DNA from: Eledone cirrhosa
Lineage: Eukaryota
DNA length: 64,000 nt
Assembly (NCBI GenBank): GCA_964016885.1
Contig: OZ024751.1
Location: forward strand, 16,740,001 to 16,804,000
Reading direction: 5' to 3'
Shown: positions 27,996 to 44,022 of the stretch, in pieces
Numbering within the stretch: position 1 is the first letter of the stretch
Layout of the letters: the number at the start of each line of letters is the position of its first letter
The notes under the pieces: generated by a model
Told to the model about the DNA's origin: nothing
Seen by the model: the letters and a program-made list of their open reading frames with translations, nothing else
The model's database searches: none
Translations under genes and position numbers: made by a program

Positions 27996-28089
27996 CCGTG
28001 CATGATTCGAGGTGCATGATTCGAGGTGCATGATTCGAGATGCCTTGATTCGAACCTAGTGTACATGTGTACGGTGAACTCGGGCAACT

Positions 28090-28293
28090 CCATAATTCGG
28101 GCTGTTTGTTTACAAACAAACCGAGTATTATAATAAATGTTCGGTAAACCCATACGTACATATATATGTATATATGTGTGCATGTATGTATATATATGCG
28201 TCTGTACACATATATGTATGTACGTATACATAGTTATATTTAGGTATCAGCCGTACTAAGAGTGAGAAATGAAATTTCGTTTCACTCTTTTCC

Positions 28294-28300
<7 letters not shown>
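28090..28300 (-). mobile_element. Dispersed TA-embedded repeat; copies at 41200-41512 and 60075-60665 (the last with an internal direct repeat)
   Basis: Shared TACGTATGGATTCACCGAACATTTATTATAAT..GTAAACAAACA and CACTCTTAGTACGGCTG motifs; this copy abuts the PLE fragment. Confidence 0.65.
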
Positions 28301-28329
<29 letters not shown>

Positions 28330-28625
28330 AAGAATGTGTAAGATCCTCGGTATAGTAAGGTATATTTTAAAAAAAGAAAAGATTGACTCCATCTGTAGTT
28401 GGTATTCTATAACAACTTAATTTATAATTTTACAATTTCTTGCATTCGTCACAGACGAATCACCACCGACGAATGTGAGGAAGTTCTCAAGAAGGTTAAC
28501 CAAGAGTTGGAGAAAAACTTTCCTCCGAAATTAACAGATCACTTATTAGATCTACATACCAAATTTATAAAATTGTAAAATTAAATTGTTATAGAATACC
28601 AACTACAAGTGAAGCCATTCTTTTC

Positions 28626-28665
<40 letters not shown>

Positions 28666-29164
28666 CCAAAGATTAATACTGCCAATACTGGAATTGAACC
28701 ATCAAGACCGTTGAGGTATGTCATATATCAATTCATATATGAAAAAATAGCACAGTACCTTCGAAATATATATAATAAAACATATATTTTGATTATGTGA
28801 ATGTCTTCATTTATTAATATTTTGAATAATATATGTGTGTGTGTGTGTATATGTTGAACAATGAAAAAATTGGTGCTTAATCAGTTCATTATTTTACGAT
28901 CGTTTCAGAAGATTGACAGATTTATGATAAATTGATATAGTGACTAACTGATAGGGTTTATGTAACCAGATAACATTAGTTTCGATGTTCTAATGTCTTC
29001 TTCAGATGATATTTGTACAAAGACTTGGTTACAGGTTTTATGCCGATTCGCAAATTTATGGAAACTACATGCAATCGCATTTACCTAGATTATAAATCCT
29101 TATCTAAATACTACCTTATGGAGTTTAAGTAAAAATTTAACATGTGTTCACCAAGATTGTAAAT

Positions 29165-29573
29165 ACATTCAATGTAAAGTTATGTTGGTGCCACAACATC
29201 CAGGCCGAAACAAATGAGATCGTGTAGACACAGTCCACGCTGTAATGTGGTCGTGTAGGCAACACTGTAAAAACCTCCCAGCCCCACACTGTAAATGTGG
29301 TTGGTGTTAGGAAGGGCATCCAGCTGTAGAAAACCTGCCAGACAGTCCACGCTGTAATGTGGCCGTGTAGGCAACACCGTAAAAACCTCCCAGCCCCACA
29401 CTGTAAATGTGGTTGGTGTTAGGAAGGGCATCCAGCTGTAGAAAACCCGCCAGATAGTCCTATGCGAGCAAGACAAACACTCTTGCCTCAAGTGGGAAAA
29501 CCCCCGTGCAAACCCATGCAAGCGTGGAACACGGACGTTAAAAGTTGATGATGATGATGATGATGATGATGAT
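29165..29573 (+). mobile_element. SINE/RTE-like 3' end with a ~114-bp internal tandem duplication and (GAT)n tail
   Basis: GGTTGGTGTTAGGAAGGGCATCCAGCTGTAGAAAACC occurs twice; ends GGAACACGGACGTTAAA..(GAT)n. Confidence 0.75.
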
Positions 29574-29804
29574 TATCACTTCCGCTGTATTAAACGTAGA
29601 TCTTATTCTGACAGTAAAATAAATTACTTGTTCTTGTCTGGCAAATAATGTGATTTGAGATTGTGTGTTGAAATAAAAGAAATTTCATCGGGGCTGTGTC
29701 ATTTTAACCATACAGATACACACAAAAACTGTTAAATTATCTTTAGATTTATCATTTTTTTAGAGAGTAAGAGAGAGACAGAAAGGTGAAGCAGAGATAG
29801 ACAG

Positions 29805-29885
<81 letters not shown>

Positions 29886-29983
29886 GTAGAAGGTGAATAA
29901 TATTGTAGTACAATAAAACTATGCATATATCAGATAAGTAGCACTCAACAGTTGGTAGAACTGGAGTATATATTAAAGAAGAA

Positions 29984-30288
29984 ATTAAAAGATGGTTAAA
30001 GAAGTTCCATATATTTTATTATGCGCATTTCGAAAGCAACATCATCCTGGGACAAAAATTGTGTTCTCATCAGATAAAATAAGGTAACATGATATCAGGC
30101 CTAAAAACACTTGTCAACAGGTAAGTGCTATATATGTAGGTTTTGCACTTTCCTGTTGACAAGTGTTTTTAGGCCTCATATCATGTTACCTTATTTTATC
30201 TGATGAGAACACAAATTTTGTCCCAAGATGATGTTGTTTTCGGAATGCGCATAATAAAATATATGGAACTTCTTTAACCATCTTTTAA
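29984..30288. mobile_element. ~305-bp fold-back element with a hammerhead in each arm
   Basis: Arms ~29984-30128 and ~30145-30288 with a 16-nt loop; flanked by (TA)n. Confidence 0.85.
30013..30080 (-). ncRNA. Type I hammerhead, intact core
   Basis: Reverse complement ATTTTAT CTGATGA GAA..TTC GAAAT GCGC ATA|ATAAAAT; 7-bp stem I; palindromic GCGC loop. The plus-arm copy (30193-30260) has GGAA. Confidence 0.8.
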
Positions 30289-30328
30289 TATATATATATA
30301 TATTTAATAAATTTATTATTATTATATA

Positions 30329-30637
<309 letters not shown>

Positions 30638-30649
30638 TGTATATATGTA

Positions 30650-30741
<92 letters not shown>

Positions 30742-30746
<5 letters not shown>

Positions 30747-31010
30747 ATAGAGAAATTAACGTGAGCAAGAAGCCAACAGTATTTCATAATATAAAAGTGA
30801 CTATAATGTCAAGATGGAAAATATTTAACGTAACATATGGGAAAATAATTCAAACTCAATTTAAAAAAAAGTCAAGATAGAAATTATATCCACAGATTTT
30901 GTGAAATCCAGGGAAAAAACCACTAGAGTCTTAACTCAGAATAAAATTAAGATTAAATACTCATCCTTCAATTTGGAAAAACTACAAATGTTCTATATAG
31001 TCTTAAAAAA
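30742..31010. repeat. Dispersed TA-embedded repeat; copy at 55717-55995
   Basis: Colinear GTGAGC.AGAAGCCAACAGTATTTCATAATATA...TACTCATCCTTCAATTTG. Confidence 0.75.
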
Positions 31011-31672
31011 ATATATATATATGAAATAGGATTTCGCTTCAAGCATAGCTTTATACAATATGTATAATAATTTCGCAAGCGTTGGGAGAGACCGTCCTAA
31101 CGATGGCCAGTTAAGCCTGAAATGCATAGACGGTTGTCCCCCTTGCTTCTGTTGGACATCACTGCTTCCTAAAACCGTATTTCTTTGGAAATGTGTGTAT
31201 ATATATATGTATATAGAGTCAATGGCCATCCAAATTATTAAGAGTCAATGGCCATCCAAAATCACCGGGATGATGACCCCTTAGCCTTTGTCAAGGCAGT
31301 ATTATAGGAGAAGGAAAACTCTGATATAACACCTGCAACCCTGATGGTATCCAATGATGTTGACTTGTTCTTCTTTTTGGTAAATATCATCTTGGTTAAG
31401 AGAGTGGGACTGGCTTTGTGCAGTACCTTTGCTCACTGTAAAAGCTTCACGGCACAGGCATTGCTTTATACCTGGAGATCTCTCTGCACTTGTCGTCACA
31501 TGGTACCATGGGCCCAGCACTATATGTCGATAATTGTCACAAATGTAGTGTTTGTACCAGAGTTTTCAAGTCGCTGGCTGGACTAAAAAGTCACACTCGT
31601 TCAGCGCATCGCTGGGGGTTCTCCTACATGGATATAAAGTAGTGGCCGTACTCGAAAACGAGTTGGCAGCCA

Positions 31673-31748
<76 letters not shown>

Positions 31749-31752
31749 AGTT

Positions 31753-32478
31753 GTTCACTTGTCCGCCTCGCGTTACGCGATTACTGGTCCCAATAACTTT
31801 TTGTAGATTATTGCTCGCACCAACCTGAGGTATCTGATTTTTAATGCGATGTAATACCAATGATGGTTGGAAAATCACTGACGAAGGACTATTTTTATCA
31901 TATGTAACCCATGTGCAAACCACACAGTATTCTTCTTTCTTCTCATGTTTTTTTATATATATTTACCTCGGCTGCGTTTGTCTGTTTCTCTCTTACTGCT
32001 TCCCCGCTCTCTCTGTTTCTCTCACCTTCTTTCGCCCCTCTGTCAGTTACACATTCTCTCGACTGACCGCTTCCTCGCACTTTCACTCACTCACTCTCTG
32101 TTTCTCCCCTTCTCACTTCCTCCCGTTTGGCTAACAGTGGGCCTCTCTTCTTGCTTACATCTCACTCAGGTCGGACGTCGATACTTTTCGCTCATGAAAT
32201 CCACCCAGCTTATGCTGACCAGACTACCATGTTGCTTGTTTATTTCCTTTCTTTGGTTTGTTTTTATCCTTCTATGTTGTTCACTTGTCTCCCTCGCTTT
32301 ACGCGATTACTGGTCCCAATAACTTTTTTTAGATTATTGCTCGCACCAACCTGAGGTATCTGATTTTTAATGCGATGTAATACCAATGATGGTTGAAAAA
32401 TCCCTGACTAAGGACTATTTTTATCATATGTAACCCATGTGCAAACCACGCAGTATTCTTCTTTCTTCTCATGTTTTT
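31753..32478. mobile_element. Element with ~200-bp direct terminal repeats (31753-31953 and 32278-32478) around a CT-rich core; pLTR-like
   Basis: Near-identical direct repeats; flanked by (TA)n. Confidence 0.65.
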
Positions 32479-33100
32479 ATATATATATATATATATATAT
32501 TTAATACAATAACAGAGATAGTTTAAAGCTAAACTCTGACTGGTAACTATCTCACTCAACAAACATTAGGTTATATTAAAATATAAACCCAATTTAAGTG
32601 TTTGGGGTGCTAACAATATGTATAATGTGGAAAAACCAGTTGTATTATTTTATGAGATATAATTAAAGTTAAAGTATATCTCGCTTTCCAAACAATTGTT
32701 TCATTATAAGTTTTCTACAAGTTTGGGAGAATGTTTCCAGTTTATGTAGAAGCCTAATATATATTCATGTAAGAATATATTTAGGTGGGCACTTATAAAT
32801 CATCAGTGGAAGCCCATTAAACATTGATATAAGAAAACAATTTCTTACCGCTGTCAAAAATCATGTCCGTAAAGTAGCTCTCTCTCGCCTCGAATGACCG
32901 CCAAATTTGAAATCCCAGCAGTTTTTGACTGAGGAAGTATCATAGCGACACGAAGCGGGAAGGGGAGACAACTCACGAAATGAGGAAAAAAATAATATAC
33001 ACGCGGGTTAATTAGTTTTTTTGAAAACATTATCAATCCAACGTGTTTAAGAACTCAATTGAAAATAAAAAAATAAATATATGCTTGTGTAAATTACACA

Positions 33101-33173
<73 letters not shown>

Positions 33174-33405
33174 ATATATATGTATATATATAGGAACGAT
33201 TAGGACCCCGAGGGTCCTACTAGTTCCTATTACCCACTCTACTACCCTAAGTATTGAGTACTTTGGTGCGTTATGGTCCACCTGGTTCCTTACCACATTT
33301 CCTTCGTTATATATATATATATATATACTGTATATTTATATATATATAAGAGCATAGATTGCTCAACCGGCATATCGCTCATGGAAGCATCGTAGCTACC
33401 ATCAG

Positions 33406-33541
<136 letters not shown>

Positions 33542-33704
33542 GGTAAACAGAAATAACACAATCGGTACAGTATATGGAAGGGATATATTAGGTTAACGAA
33601 TATATATATATGTGTATATATATACATATATATGTGTGTGTGTATATATATATATATACACATATATATATATGTGTGTGTATATATATATATATGAGTG
33701 TGAT

Positions 33705-33749
<45 letters not shown>

Positions 33750-34601
33750 ATGTGTGTGTGTATATATATATATATATATGTGTGTGTGTATATATATGTG
33801 TATGTGTGTGTATATATATATATATGTGCTTTTATATTATGTGTGTTTATTTTAAAATGCCTCTGAGTTCCATAAAACTGTCCAGTAACTCATATATATA
33901 TATATATATAAATAGCTTAGATTTTAGACTCAATGGGGTCATTTGTGAAACATGTTTGAAGTTTGAAGTTCTGACCGATCTGCGAAAAAAGTTTGTATTT
34001 TGAATTTTAAACGTGTCTAGGTACCAAGGCTTTTTGCCCATATGAGTCTGTGAGTATTGATTTATTATTTTTTAGATCGTACAGGCAGACCTTATGTTGT
34101 TGAATTAAGATTTTTCACTCTAGCGATCTTATTAGTCAATTGCAACTAAAACATGTAAATGTTCATCAAATATTAATATATATATATATAGGTTTGTGTA
34201 AAGAAAAGAGAGATAGAGAGAGAGAAATAGTGAGATAGAGAAAGAATGGAGGTGACAGGATACATTATTTACCAACGAAAGTATCCCAAAGACTTCAATT
34301 AAATGGTGGCATTTAGTGTAAGTATGTAAAACAACGATCGGTCTTTCAGATCGATATATAAATGACGGGGCACCGATAAGTCTGACAAAAAGATAAAATA
34401 ACGGATATATAAACAGTGTTTTGTGTGGATGTAAGTGAAGAATGAGAGAGATAGAGAGAGAAAGAGAGAGAGATAGTGAGAGAGAGAGTGAGACGTGACT
34501 GAAAAGCAGAGAGGCACATAGTGAGACAGGTCGAGGAGAGCGATAGAGAAATGAAAACAGGCAGAGAGAGAGAGAGAGAGAGAGATAGGGATATGAAAAC
34601 G

Positions 34602-34648
<47 letters not shown>

Positions 34649-35604
34649 GAGGGGGTGACAGGGAGATGATAGGGGGTGACGGAAAGGAAAGGGGGAATTA
34701 AAAGCAAAGAGGCACAGCGTGAGATAGACGGAGGGAAGAGACAGAGAGATTAAAACAGGCAGAGAGGGAGGGGTGAGTGAAAAGCAGAGAGGCACAGAGT
34801 GAGATACACCGAGGAGAAAGAAAAACAGATAGAGAGAGAGAGAGGGTGAGGGAGAAGGAAGTGAGAGAAATTTTCTGTGTCGTCTGAGAGAGAGGGGGGG
34901 GGACGACTAAGAGACAGAGGCCGACTGAGATATAGAATTGATAGAGCGAGTGACAAACAAAAAAATAAAAACGTATTTGAACAGAGACACTTTCAGGAAT
35001 TCAAATGAGCTAACTATAATTGTATTACACACACATACACACGCAAGCTCGCATGCAAGTACATATATATAAATATATATATGTATGCATACATATGTGT
35101 GCGTGTATGTTTTCAATTACACGTTTGCGTATGCTTGTGTATGTACGTATTTGTTTGCGTGTATGTATTTATTTATTTATTTTACTTCTGTATTGTATTT
35201 ATTTACTTTGTTCTTAACTCTGTAGCGGAGATTCATTCGGTCTCCTAGTTAGAATTTTAGTCTACGACTTCAGTTATACCATTTACGTGGTGTTGTCTTT
35301 GCGTGCTATTGTTCTCTATGTTCCACATATGACGTATTATCTTCGTTTTTTTTTCATTCATTGCCAGAGAACGTCTCTATGAACCACCTAAGAGAACATT
35401 AGTCTACGACCTCTTTTATACCATAAACGTGGTTGTCTTTGCGCGTAATTGTTTTTCACCGCTCCTATTAATTACGTATCTTATTCGTTTTTTCCCGTTC
35501 TTTGCCAGCGAACGTTTCCACGAACCAAAGTATCGTCTCCTGTCTTCCTCCGGTTGCAACATTTTTTGAAATATCCACTTCTGCGTTTACAGATTGACTT
35601 TCTT

Positions 35605-35655
35605 AGTTTCAGAAGATCCCGTTGAGGGTGAAAGCAGCGATTCTTTGCTTAAACT
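35605..35655 (+). ncRNA. Hammerhead-like motif with CAGA core; copy at 57804-57854 (repeat 35230-35765 / 57610-57960)
   Basis: AGTTT CAGAAGA T CCC GTTGA GGG T GAA AGCA GCGATTCTT TGCT T|AAACT. Confidence 0.5.
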
Positions 35656-35762
35656 TTAATCTGTTATTTTAATAAATATTTGCTCTACGGTTCTTATATA
35701 TTTGATATATATTTATCCTTATCGAGCCCTCTTTGGATTTTAGTCTTCAAATTTATTATTAT

Positions 35763-35808
<46 letters not shown>

Positions 35809-35931
35809 AGGCAGTGATTTTCTCAATGACTAGGAATCCAGTCCACGCTTCGCTATTTCCTTTCCACTGAATTATTTTTTTAATAACTTTCCAGAGTCCT
35901 CGCTATGCCTGGAGACTTACACGGAAAAAGA

Positions 35932-36012
35932 CTTTCCTGATGACGGAATGATTTTCGATATGTTTCTTCGGAAAATATATTTACTCCATTCCAAAAACTA
36001 ATTAGTTGGAAG
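35932..36012 (+). ncRNA. Hammerhead motif with G12 mutated; intact-core copy at 47257-47336 (-)
   Basis: CTTTC CTGATGA CGGAATG..CATTCC A AAAAC TAATTA GTT|GGAAG; the minus copy reads CTTCC CTGATGA CGAAA..TTTCA GAAAC TAATTA GTT|GGAG. Confidence 0.65.
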
Positions 36013-36182
36013 TGATTTTTTAGTAAGTAAGTTAATTTTATAATTTTCTTATTTTACGTCTCTCATATTATTGTTCTGCAACCCCATGCATTGAACCACA
36101 ATGTTAATAAGACAAAACCTATATATTTGCTAGCATTGATATGCATCTGTGTGTATATAAATGTTACTAGATATAAATTCCT

Positions 36183-36213
<31 letters not shown>

Positions 36214-36272
36214 CAAGGCTCTGATACCATCAACACTATACACACAGAGCTGGCATATCTAAGAACTGACTA

Positions 36273-36322
36273 ACTGCCTGATGAGGTCATAGCCATTCAA
36301 TCATCGAAATATATATAGCAGT
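36273..36322 (+). ncRNA. Type I hammerhead, intact core
   Basis: ACTGC CTGATGA GGT..ATC GAAAT ATAT ATA|GCAGT. Confidence 0.75.
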
Positions 36323-36363
36323 AAATAAAGGATTATGAGTTCATGTAATTGACTTATGTTTCG

Positions 36364-36506
<143 letters not shown>

Positions 36507-37816
36507 TATTTGGTAATACACTGTATGCTTAATTGAAAGCATTTTGAAGACCTTGCGCTATTGTTTTAAAGTAGTGACTGTGTCACTTACTTCTTTATAT
36601 ATATATATTTGTTTTTCAATACAATGGGAAAATACATAATAGTACCACTGAAGATGTCGAACTCTATTACGACCTCTACCGATTAACAATAGAACGGAGG
36701 TAACTATTAGCTGTCAACATCGAAGGGCTAATTCCTTCGCCAACAGAATAGTTGACCCAACATAGTCATCTAGCCCCATGTTTACTTGTAGCTAATAAGT
36801 TAAATAGTTATAGCTAACTTAGATAATTATAAGTTACTTCCCTTACATTGTCTCTCAATTAAATAATTTAAAAATTACCACTTCTTAACTATAGATTACC
36901 CACAATTTCTAATTTCTCGATGAGTTACTTCCCTTGAAACCACCGTCTAATTAGTAAGGTCAATATGTCCATTGGCGGCCATCTTGTTACCCATAGGCAG
37001 ATCTCACACAATGCAGCCTCGACAGAAGAATACTGCTCGACTATGACAGACAATAGATATACCATAGATATACCATAGTGAAATACCAATATATGGAACA
37101 TTACATTCATGTAACATTCTTTCCTTATTTTAATTTATATTCCTTTTGAAGTTCCGATGAACTGCTCTATTTTTGCCTAAGTTAATTATTTTCAACTGAA
37201 CCAGATCAATAATGATCTATAATCATTTGATCCAGGAACATTATATGGAGTGGCGAAAGAATTTTAAACGGACATTATTATTATTAATATTATTATTATT
37301 CTCTACATTCCTTACATCAAGCTAAAATATGTTGACAATCTTTTAATAATATCTTCCTTGTGAAATTTGTGGTCTTGTTTTGCTTAACTAATGAATATAT
37401 ATATACATATACATTTATATCCGTATTTTTAAGCGCTGGTCAATCAATGATAAACATTGATTGCCAAATATATTAACTATGGAGATATAAAAGATACAGA
37501 AGCGAAAACCAGCCCAAACCAAACCAAATCAAACAGTGAGTGTGTTCTGTTATTATTTCTGGCAATATTATAACAATATGAGCCTCCTGAAGTATAACAA
37601 TATATATATATATATATATATAGATATAGATAGGTGTATAGGTGCAATAAAATAGCGTCCGTAGTTGGTATGCCGGGTGAGCTCTCGTTTCTCTCGCAGA
37701 GCAGAGTATAATACTAAAAGAGTAAAGGAACAAAGAGCCTGTGTTGCATCATAACACATTACATATATTTCACTATCGATCAGATCGAGGAACTGAGACG
37801 AGCTTACATACCAAGT

Positions 37817-37906
37817 CATATCTGAGGATCTTTCGATTCCAGAGTCAGGTTCGATCAATAATATATCGTTCCTCGAGCTGATCGACAGTTAAACATATGT
37901 AATATG
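37817..37906 (+). ncRNA. Hammerhead motif (G12>T) within a fold-back element (~37706-37963)
   Basis: CATAT CTGAGGA T CTTTCGAT..ATCGACAG T TAAAC ATAT GTA|ATATG; the inverted arm retains GAAA. Confidence 0.6.
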
Positions 37907-37954
37907 TTATTAAATATATTATGATGCAACACTGACTCTTTGTTCATTTACTCT

Positions 37955-37992
<38 letters not shown>

Positions 37993-38498
37993 TTTTAACC
38001 ACACGGGACGGGGCGATTTTGAAGCAGTTTGAATTTAACCACCAACATTGTACTTTGTTCTAATGAAAGAATTTGACTACCATTCTCTTTAGGTAGCCAC
38101 GTGATGTTGCCACAGATTAAAATTCCTACCATCGCTGTTCTGTGTTTAAGTTTGGTCTCTGTTGCTATCATGGACAAGTTCCTTCGATAGTATTTAGGAC
38201 TGAACTCCGTTGATAATTCGTTCCATCGGTCCAAACTGCGTGGAATTTCTTGATTTCTTTTTTCGGAAATAAGACTTGATGTTTTGCAAATGCATTAACT
38301 ATTCACAGGCTGTAGCCGTGAAATAGTACGTAGTAAACGTTCTTGTTTGTGCCATACAATTTGGTTTGTTACACCATATAACGTATTCTTCACTCTGATA
38401 TGCAAATGCGTATTTACAACATACGATTTTTATAAAATTATGGAGTGGGTAGTAAATGGCGGTCTCAGACGAAATGTAATTGTTTGGCTCGTTTAAAG

Positions 38499-38539
<41 letters not shown>

Positions 38540-39027
38540 GTCGTACTCACACACTCTATGGATAGGGTAGTGAGTTATAACTTTGCAGACATAACATTTA
38601 GAACTTATTCTCAAAATAGTACATACATACGACACAAGATGCAGACACATCTCAAAATTTACTCATATACACATTAACTTACGCCATACTTATACGATCT
38701 TATTTACTTCCATCGTTTCCATCGGCCATATCTGACATTTTGAATATCTAAGGACATCTTATCTTGGCAAAATGCCATTGCACGATATATAGAAGAAAGT
38801 CTCGTCTTTTATTCTGCAGAGTATAATGAATTACTTTTGTATAGATCAGTCAGTCTGTCATTTTGTACATAGATACCTTTATAAATATATTTCAGTGTTT
38901 GATTATGTGTATATATATCCATGTATAAAGAAGGTTAAATGAGATGATGAGACAACCGTATATAGGCAAATTACATTTTATAAGACCAATGTGATATTAA
39001 AGTCCACTTCAAGATAGGTAAAACAGG

Positions 39028-39087
<60 letters not shown>

Positions 39088-39169
39088 CATATATATACAT
39101 ATATATGTGTATACATATACACACATCATGTATATATATATGAATATCCACACATCATAAGCATATATC

Positions 39170-39241
<72 letters not shown>

Positions 39242-39242
<1 letters not shown>

Positions 39243-39837
39243 CATAATATATATATATAAAACTGAGAATGTCTGTGTGAGTGTGTGAGTTTGAATCCCT
39301 AAAATTCGAGAAGCACCCAACCGACTGTTTTTAAACTTTAAACATGTAATACTTATGTTTCAGGGAGTGTTCCGAGCCAAAGATATTTCAAATTTTCAAT
39401 GCCCTAGGGACTGCATTATACGATTTAGTGATCTCTCTCTATAATTCTTAGTCTTTCTCTTTTTAGATAGAAACATACATATAACGTCGCGCCCTTATAA
39501 TATATGTCTATATCTCTGGTTGTCTGCATTACGGCACTTCCCACAATTCGCTCTGCGTCCAGAACGCGCCCTTTTAATATATGTTTGTATGTCTGACTGT
39601 CTGCTGCCTCCTTGTTATTCTGCCACCCTTGCTCAAGACAAATCTCACACTCATTCCCAAACACTTGGTAAGTGTACACAACTTCTTCCTCACGTTTTAA
39701 GCCACAGTATTGCTTACTTATGTACCATCAGACCCTTACTTCTTTGCCAGCTGTGGTTGTGGCATTACTAAGCTTAGCTAAGGTGGTTAGATATTTCACA
39801 ATACCTTATCCCGTGCAACGCCGGGTACCACTGCTAG
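39242..39837 (+). mobile_element. Non-autonomous Helitron
   Basis: 5' TC after A, 3' GC-rich hairpin CCCGTGCAACGCCGGG (39810-39825) then CTAG|T; no TSD or TIR. Confidence 0.75.
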
Positions 39838-40225
39838 TATTTAATAAAATGGATTTGAAAATATATAAAAACTTCTAGCATTACTATATATATACTGGAC
39901 ACCACCAGGTGGTAATAGCTGCCGGTGTTTTTGCTTAGCTACGGGTTTCTAAATGTTTATTTATAAACATACCGTATTTCTTTAGAACTACGAAATTCCA
40001 ATACCTACATACATATAACAAAGAAGGTGTGGTAAGATACCAGCTGGACCATAACGCATCAGAGTACTCAATATTTTGGGCAGTAGAGTGGGTAATAGGA
40101 AAAGTGTCAGGTCCCCGACGGCTTAGCTCCGACCGTTTCGACAGCTAGATCCGAACAGCTGTCGAAACGGCCGGAGCTCAGCCGTCGGGGTCCTGACTCT
40201 TTCTTATATATATATATAAGAAAGA

Positions 40226-40258
<33 letters not shown>

Positions 40259-40328
40259 AAAGAGTCATATATATATACATATTAAAAAAGAAATAGGATT
40301 TCGCTTCAAGCATAGCTTTATACAATAT

Positions 40329-40540
40329 GTATAAATATTTTGTATCTCCCAAGAAATACAGTTTTAGGAAGCCGTAGCTATGCAAACACTGGGTGGGCTA
40401 ACGCCCTCTTGTGATGTCCAGCAGAAGCTAGGGGGACAACCTTGCTTCTGCTGGATATCACCAGGGGGCCTTAGCCCCCGGTGTTTGCATAGCTACGGGT
40501 TCCAAAAACTGTATTTCTTTGGAGATACAAAATATTTATA
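40329..40540. mobile_element. Fold-back element with a nested inner hairpin; related sequence at 31023-31195 and 39930-40000
   Basis: ATAAATATTTTGTATCTCC..GTAGCTATGCAAACAC / GTGTTTGCATAGCTAC..GGAGATACAAAATATTTAT. Confidence 0.7.
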
Positions 40541-40559
40541 CATACATATGCGTGTGCGT

Positions 40560-40616
<57 letters not shown>

Positions 40617-41014
40617 ACGAAGAGAGTGGAATAGAGATGGATAGCTGGACGTGAATAGGCGCATGACAAATAACAGATATAACAAAAACTAATCTGTGGC
40701 ACTTCCCAATATTTACGAATACGAATATAAGAATATAAGAAACATCAGAGATATTTTGGTGATTGAAGCATACACTGAATCTACTGTTTATCTTCAACAG
40801 GAACTTAAAATGGAATGATAGAATATTTCTGCTCCTTGGCCATATTTTTTTGTTTATACAAGGCATTCTATTTAAGAAAAAACCTAGTGTTATGATTAAA
40901 ACCATGCTGAGAGTTTACATAATGTCTTTCACCCCTCTCTCTATATATATACACAGATACGCACACATTAATATAATATATCTATCTATTTACATACACA
41001 CACACATATATGTA

Positions 41015-41109
41015 TAGGGTGTCCAAAAAATGTATACACACCATTACCTGTTACAAACAATATTTATTAGAATGCTGTTGAAATGTGTATACATTTTTGG
41101 GACACCTTG
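41015..41109. mobile_element. ~95-bp Tc1/mariner-type MITE
   Basis: 26-bp imperfect TIRs YARGGTGTCCMAAAAATGTATACACA flanked by TA. Confidence 0.7.
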
Positions 41110-41113
41110 TATG

Positions 41114-41181
<68 letters not shown>

Positions 41182-41789
41182 CATATATATATATTCACAT
41201 ACAAGGAAGGTATACGGTGCTGACGATAGCTAATAAGCTTGAAACTAGTACATCGTTCCTTTGCCAGTGTCGAACAAAAGGGCAACGATGGTTGCTAAAC
41301 ACTGTACGGCTTAATTGGGGATGTTTGTTTACATTATAATACATGTTCCGTTAATCCATACGTACATATATATATGTGTGCATGTATGTATATATATACA
41401 TACTACTGTACGTCTGTATACATATACGTATGTACGTATACATACTTATACTTAAGTAACAGCCGTACTAAGAGTGAGTGAGAAATGAAATTTCGTTTCT
41501 TTCTTTTCCATTTATATATATATATATATATATACATACACACATATACATACATATATATATGCACATATTTATAACATGATATAATCTATCTACAAAT
41601 ACACATATATTTATAGATTATAAGTAGGCATGATGTATACGCACATACTTCACATAGATGTTTAAAAATAGAAATATATACTGCCTTACTGACTCGCATA
41701 TGCAAACATCTACTTCCATACGAGACTATGTATGTATATGCATCACAGCCACACACTCACATACACACCCACACACTCACATACACACC

Positions 41790-41835
<46 letters not shown>

Positions 41836-41885
41836 TGATATTAATAAATGGAAATTATATTTATAAAACCATATTTATTCTATTA

Positions 41886-42135
41886 CTAGCAGTGGTACCC
41901 GGCGTTGCACCGGATAAGAGATTGTGAAATATATAACCGCCTTAGCGAAGCTTAGTATTGCCACAACCACGACTGGCAAAGAAGTAACGGTCTGGTGGTA
42001 CGTAAGTAAGTACAACTGTGGCTTAAAACGTGAGGAAGAAGTTGTGTGCACTTGACAACTGTTTGGGGAATGAGTGTGACATTTGTCTTGAGCAAGGGTG
42101 GCGGAATAACCGGAAGCAGCAGACAGTTAAAGTCT
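41886..42135 (-). mobile_element. 3' part of the same Helitron family as 39242-39837
   Basis: Reverse complement matches ~39590-39837, including the hairpin and CTAG end. Confidence 0.75.
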
Positions 42136-42173
42136 GATTCCTGGCTATGTCACTATTTATAAAACAAATTTTG

Positions 42174-42233
42174 TATTTTATCTGATGAGACGTACCAACA
42201 TTTTGGTATCTTTGAAATACATATAATAGAATA
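42174..42233 (+). ncRNA. Type I hammerhead, intact core
   Basis: TATTTTAT CTGATGA GACG TACCAA CATT TTGGTA TCTTT GAAAT ACAT ATA|ATAGAATA. Confidence 0.7.
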
Positions 42234-42276
42234 AATATGGTTATATAAATATAGTTTCCATTTATTAATATCATTG

Positions 42277-43398
<1,122 letters not shown>

Positions 43399-43578
43399 GA
43401 TGAAATGACAGTTGATAATAACATTGAAATATTGAATGTCTGCATAACTAATACTTTGTAGATAGCAGCTGTTTTCAGGTTATGTAACTGTTATAGAAAC
43501 ACGTGTCAATAAATTCCTTTTAACTAAACTGTATCTATTTAAATCCTTCTATATATACATATATATATACATATATAT

Positions 43579-43615
<37 letters not shown>

Positions 43616-43619
43616 TATA

Positions 43620-43683
<64 letters not shown>

Positions 43684-43696
43684 TACATATATATAT

Positions 43697-43825
43697 ATTG
43701 GTAAAGGGAAAAGTAAATGCTGACAAATTGTTACCATACTATTACTAATTTTTACTTATTCCTAATTAAACTATTTTTAACTGGGAACAATTTGTCAGCA
43801 TTTTCTTTTCCTTTTACCAATATAT
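43697..43825. mobile_element. Short fold-back element in (TA)n
   Basis: TTGGTAAAGGGAAAAGTAAATGCTGACAAATTGTT / AACAATTTGTCAGCATTTTCTTTTCCTTTTACCAA. Confidence 0.65.
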
Positions 43826-43858
43826 CATAACTCGTGTGTTACACCTCTATTCTTTTAA

Positions 43859-43895
<37 letters not shown>

Positions 43896-43970
43896 CATAT
43901 ATGTTGGTGATGGGAAGGAGCAACCGAGCGGATGTTAATATCAATCAATATATTTAATAATAATAATTAC

Positions 43971-44022
<52 letters not shown>

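Noticed and set aside
31870-31930. CTGACGA-AGGAC...GTGCAAAC hammerhead-like motif
   Set aside because: GAAA core and stems I/III cannot be formed convincingly; the second copy lacks the core.
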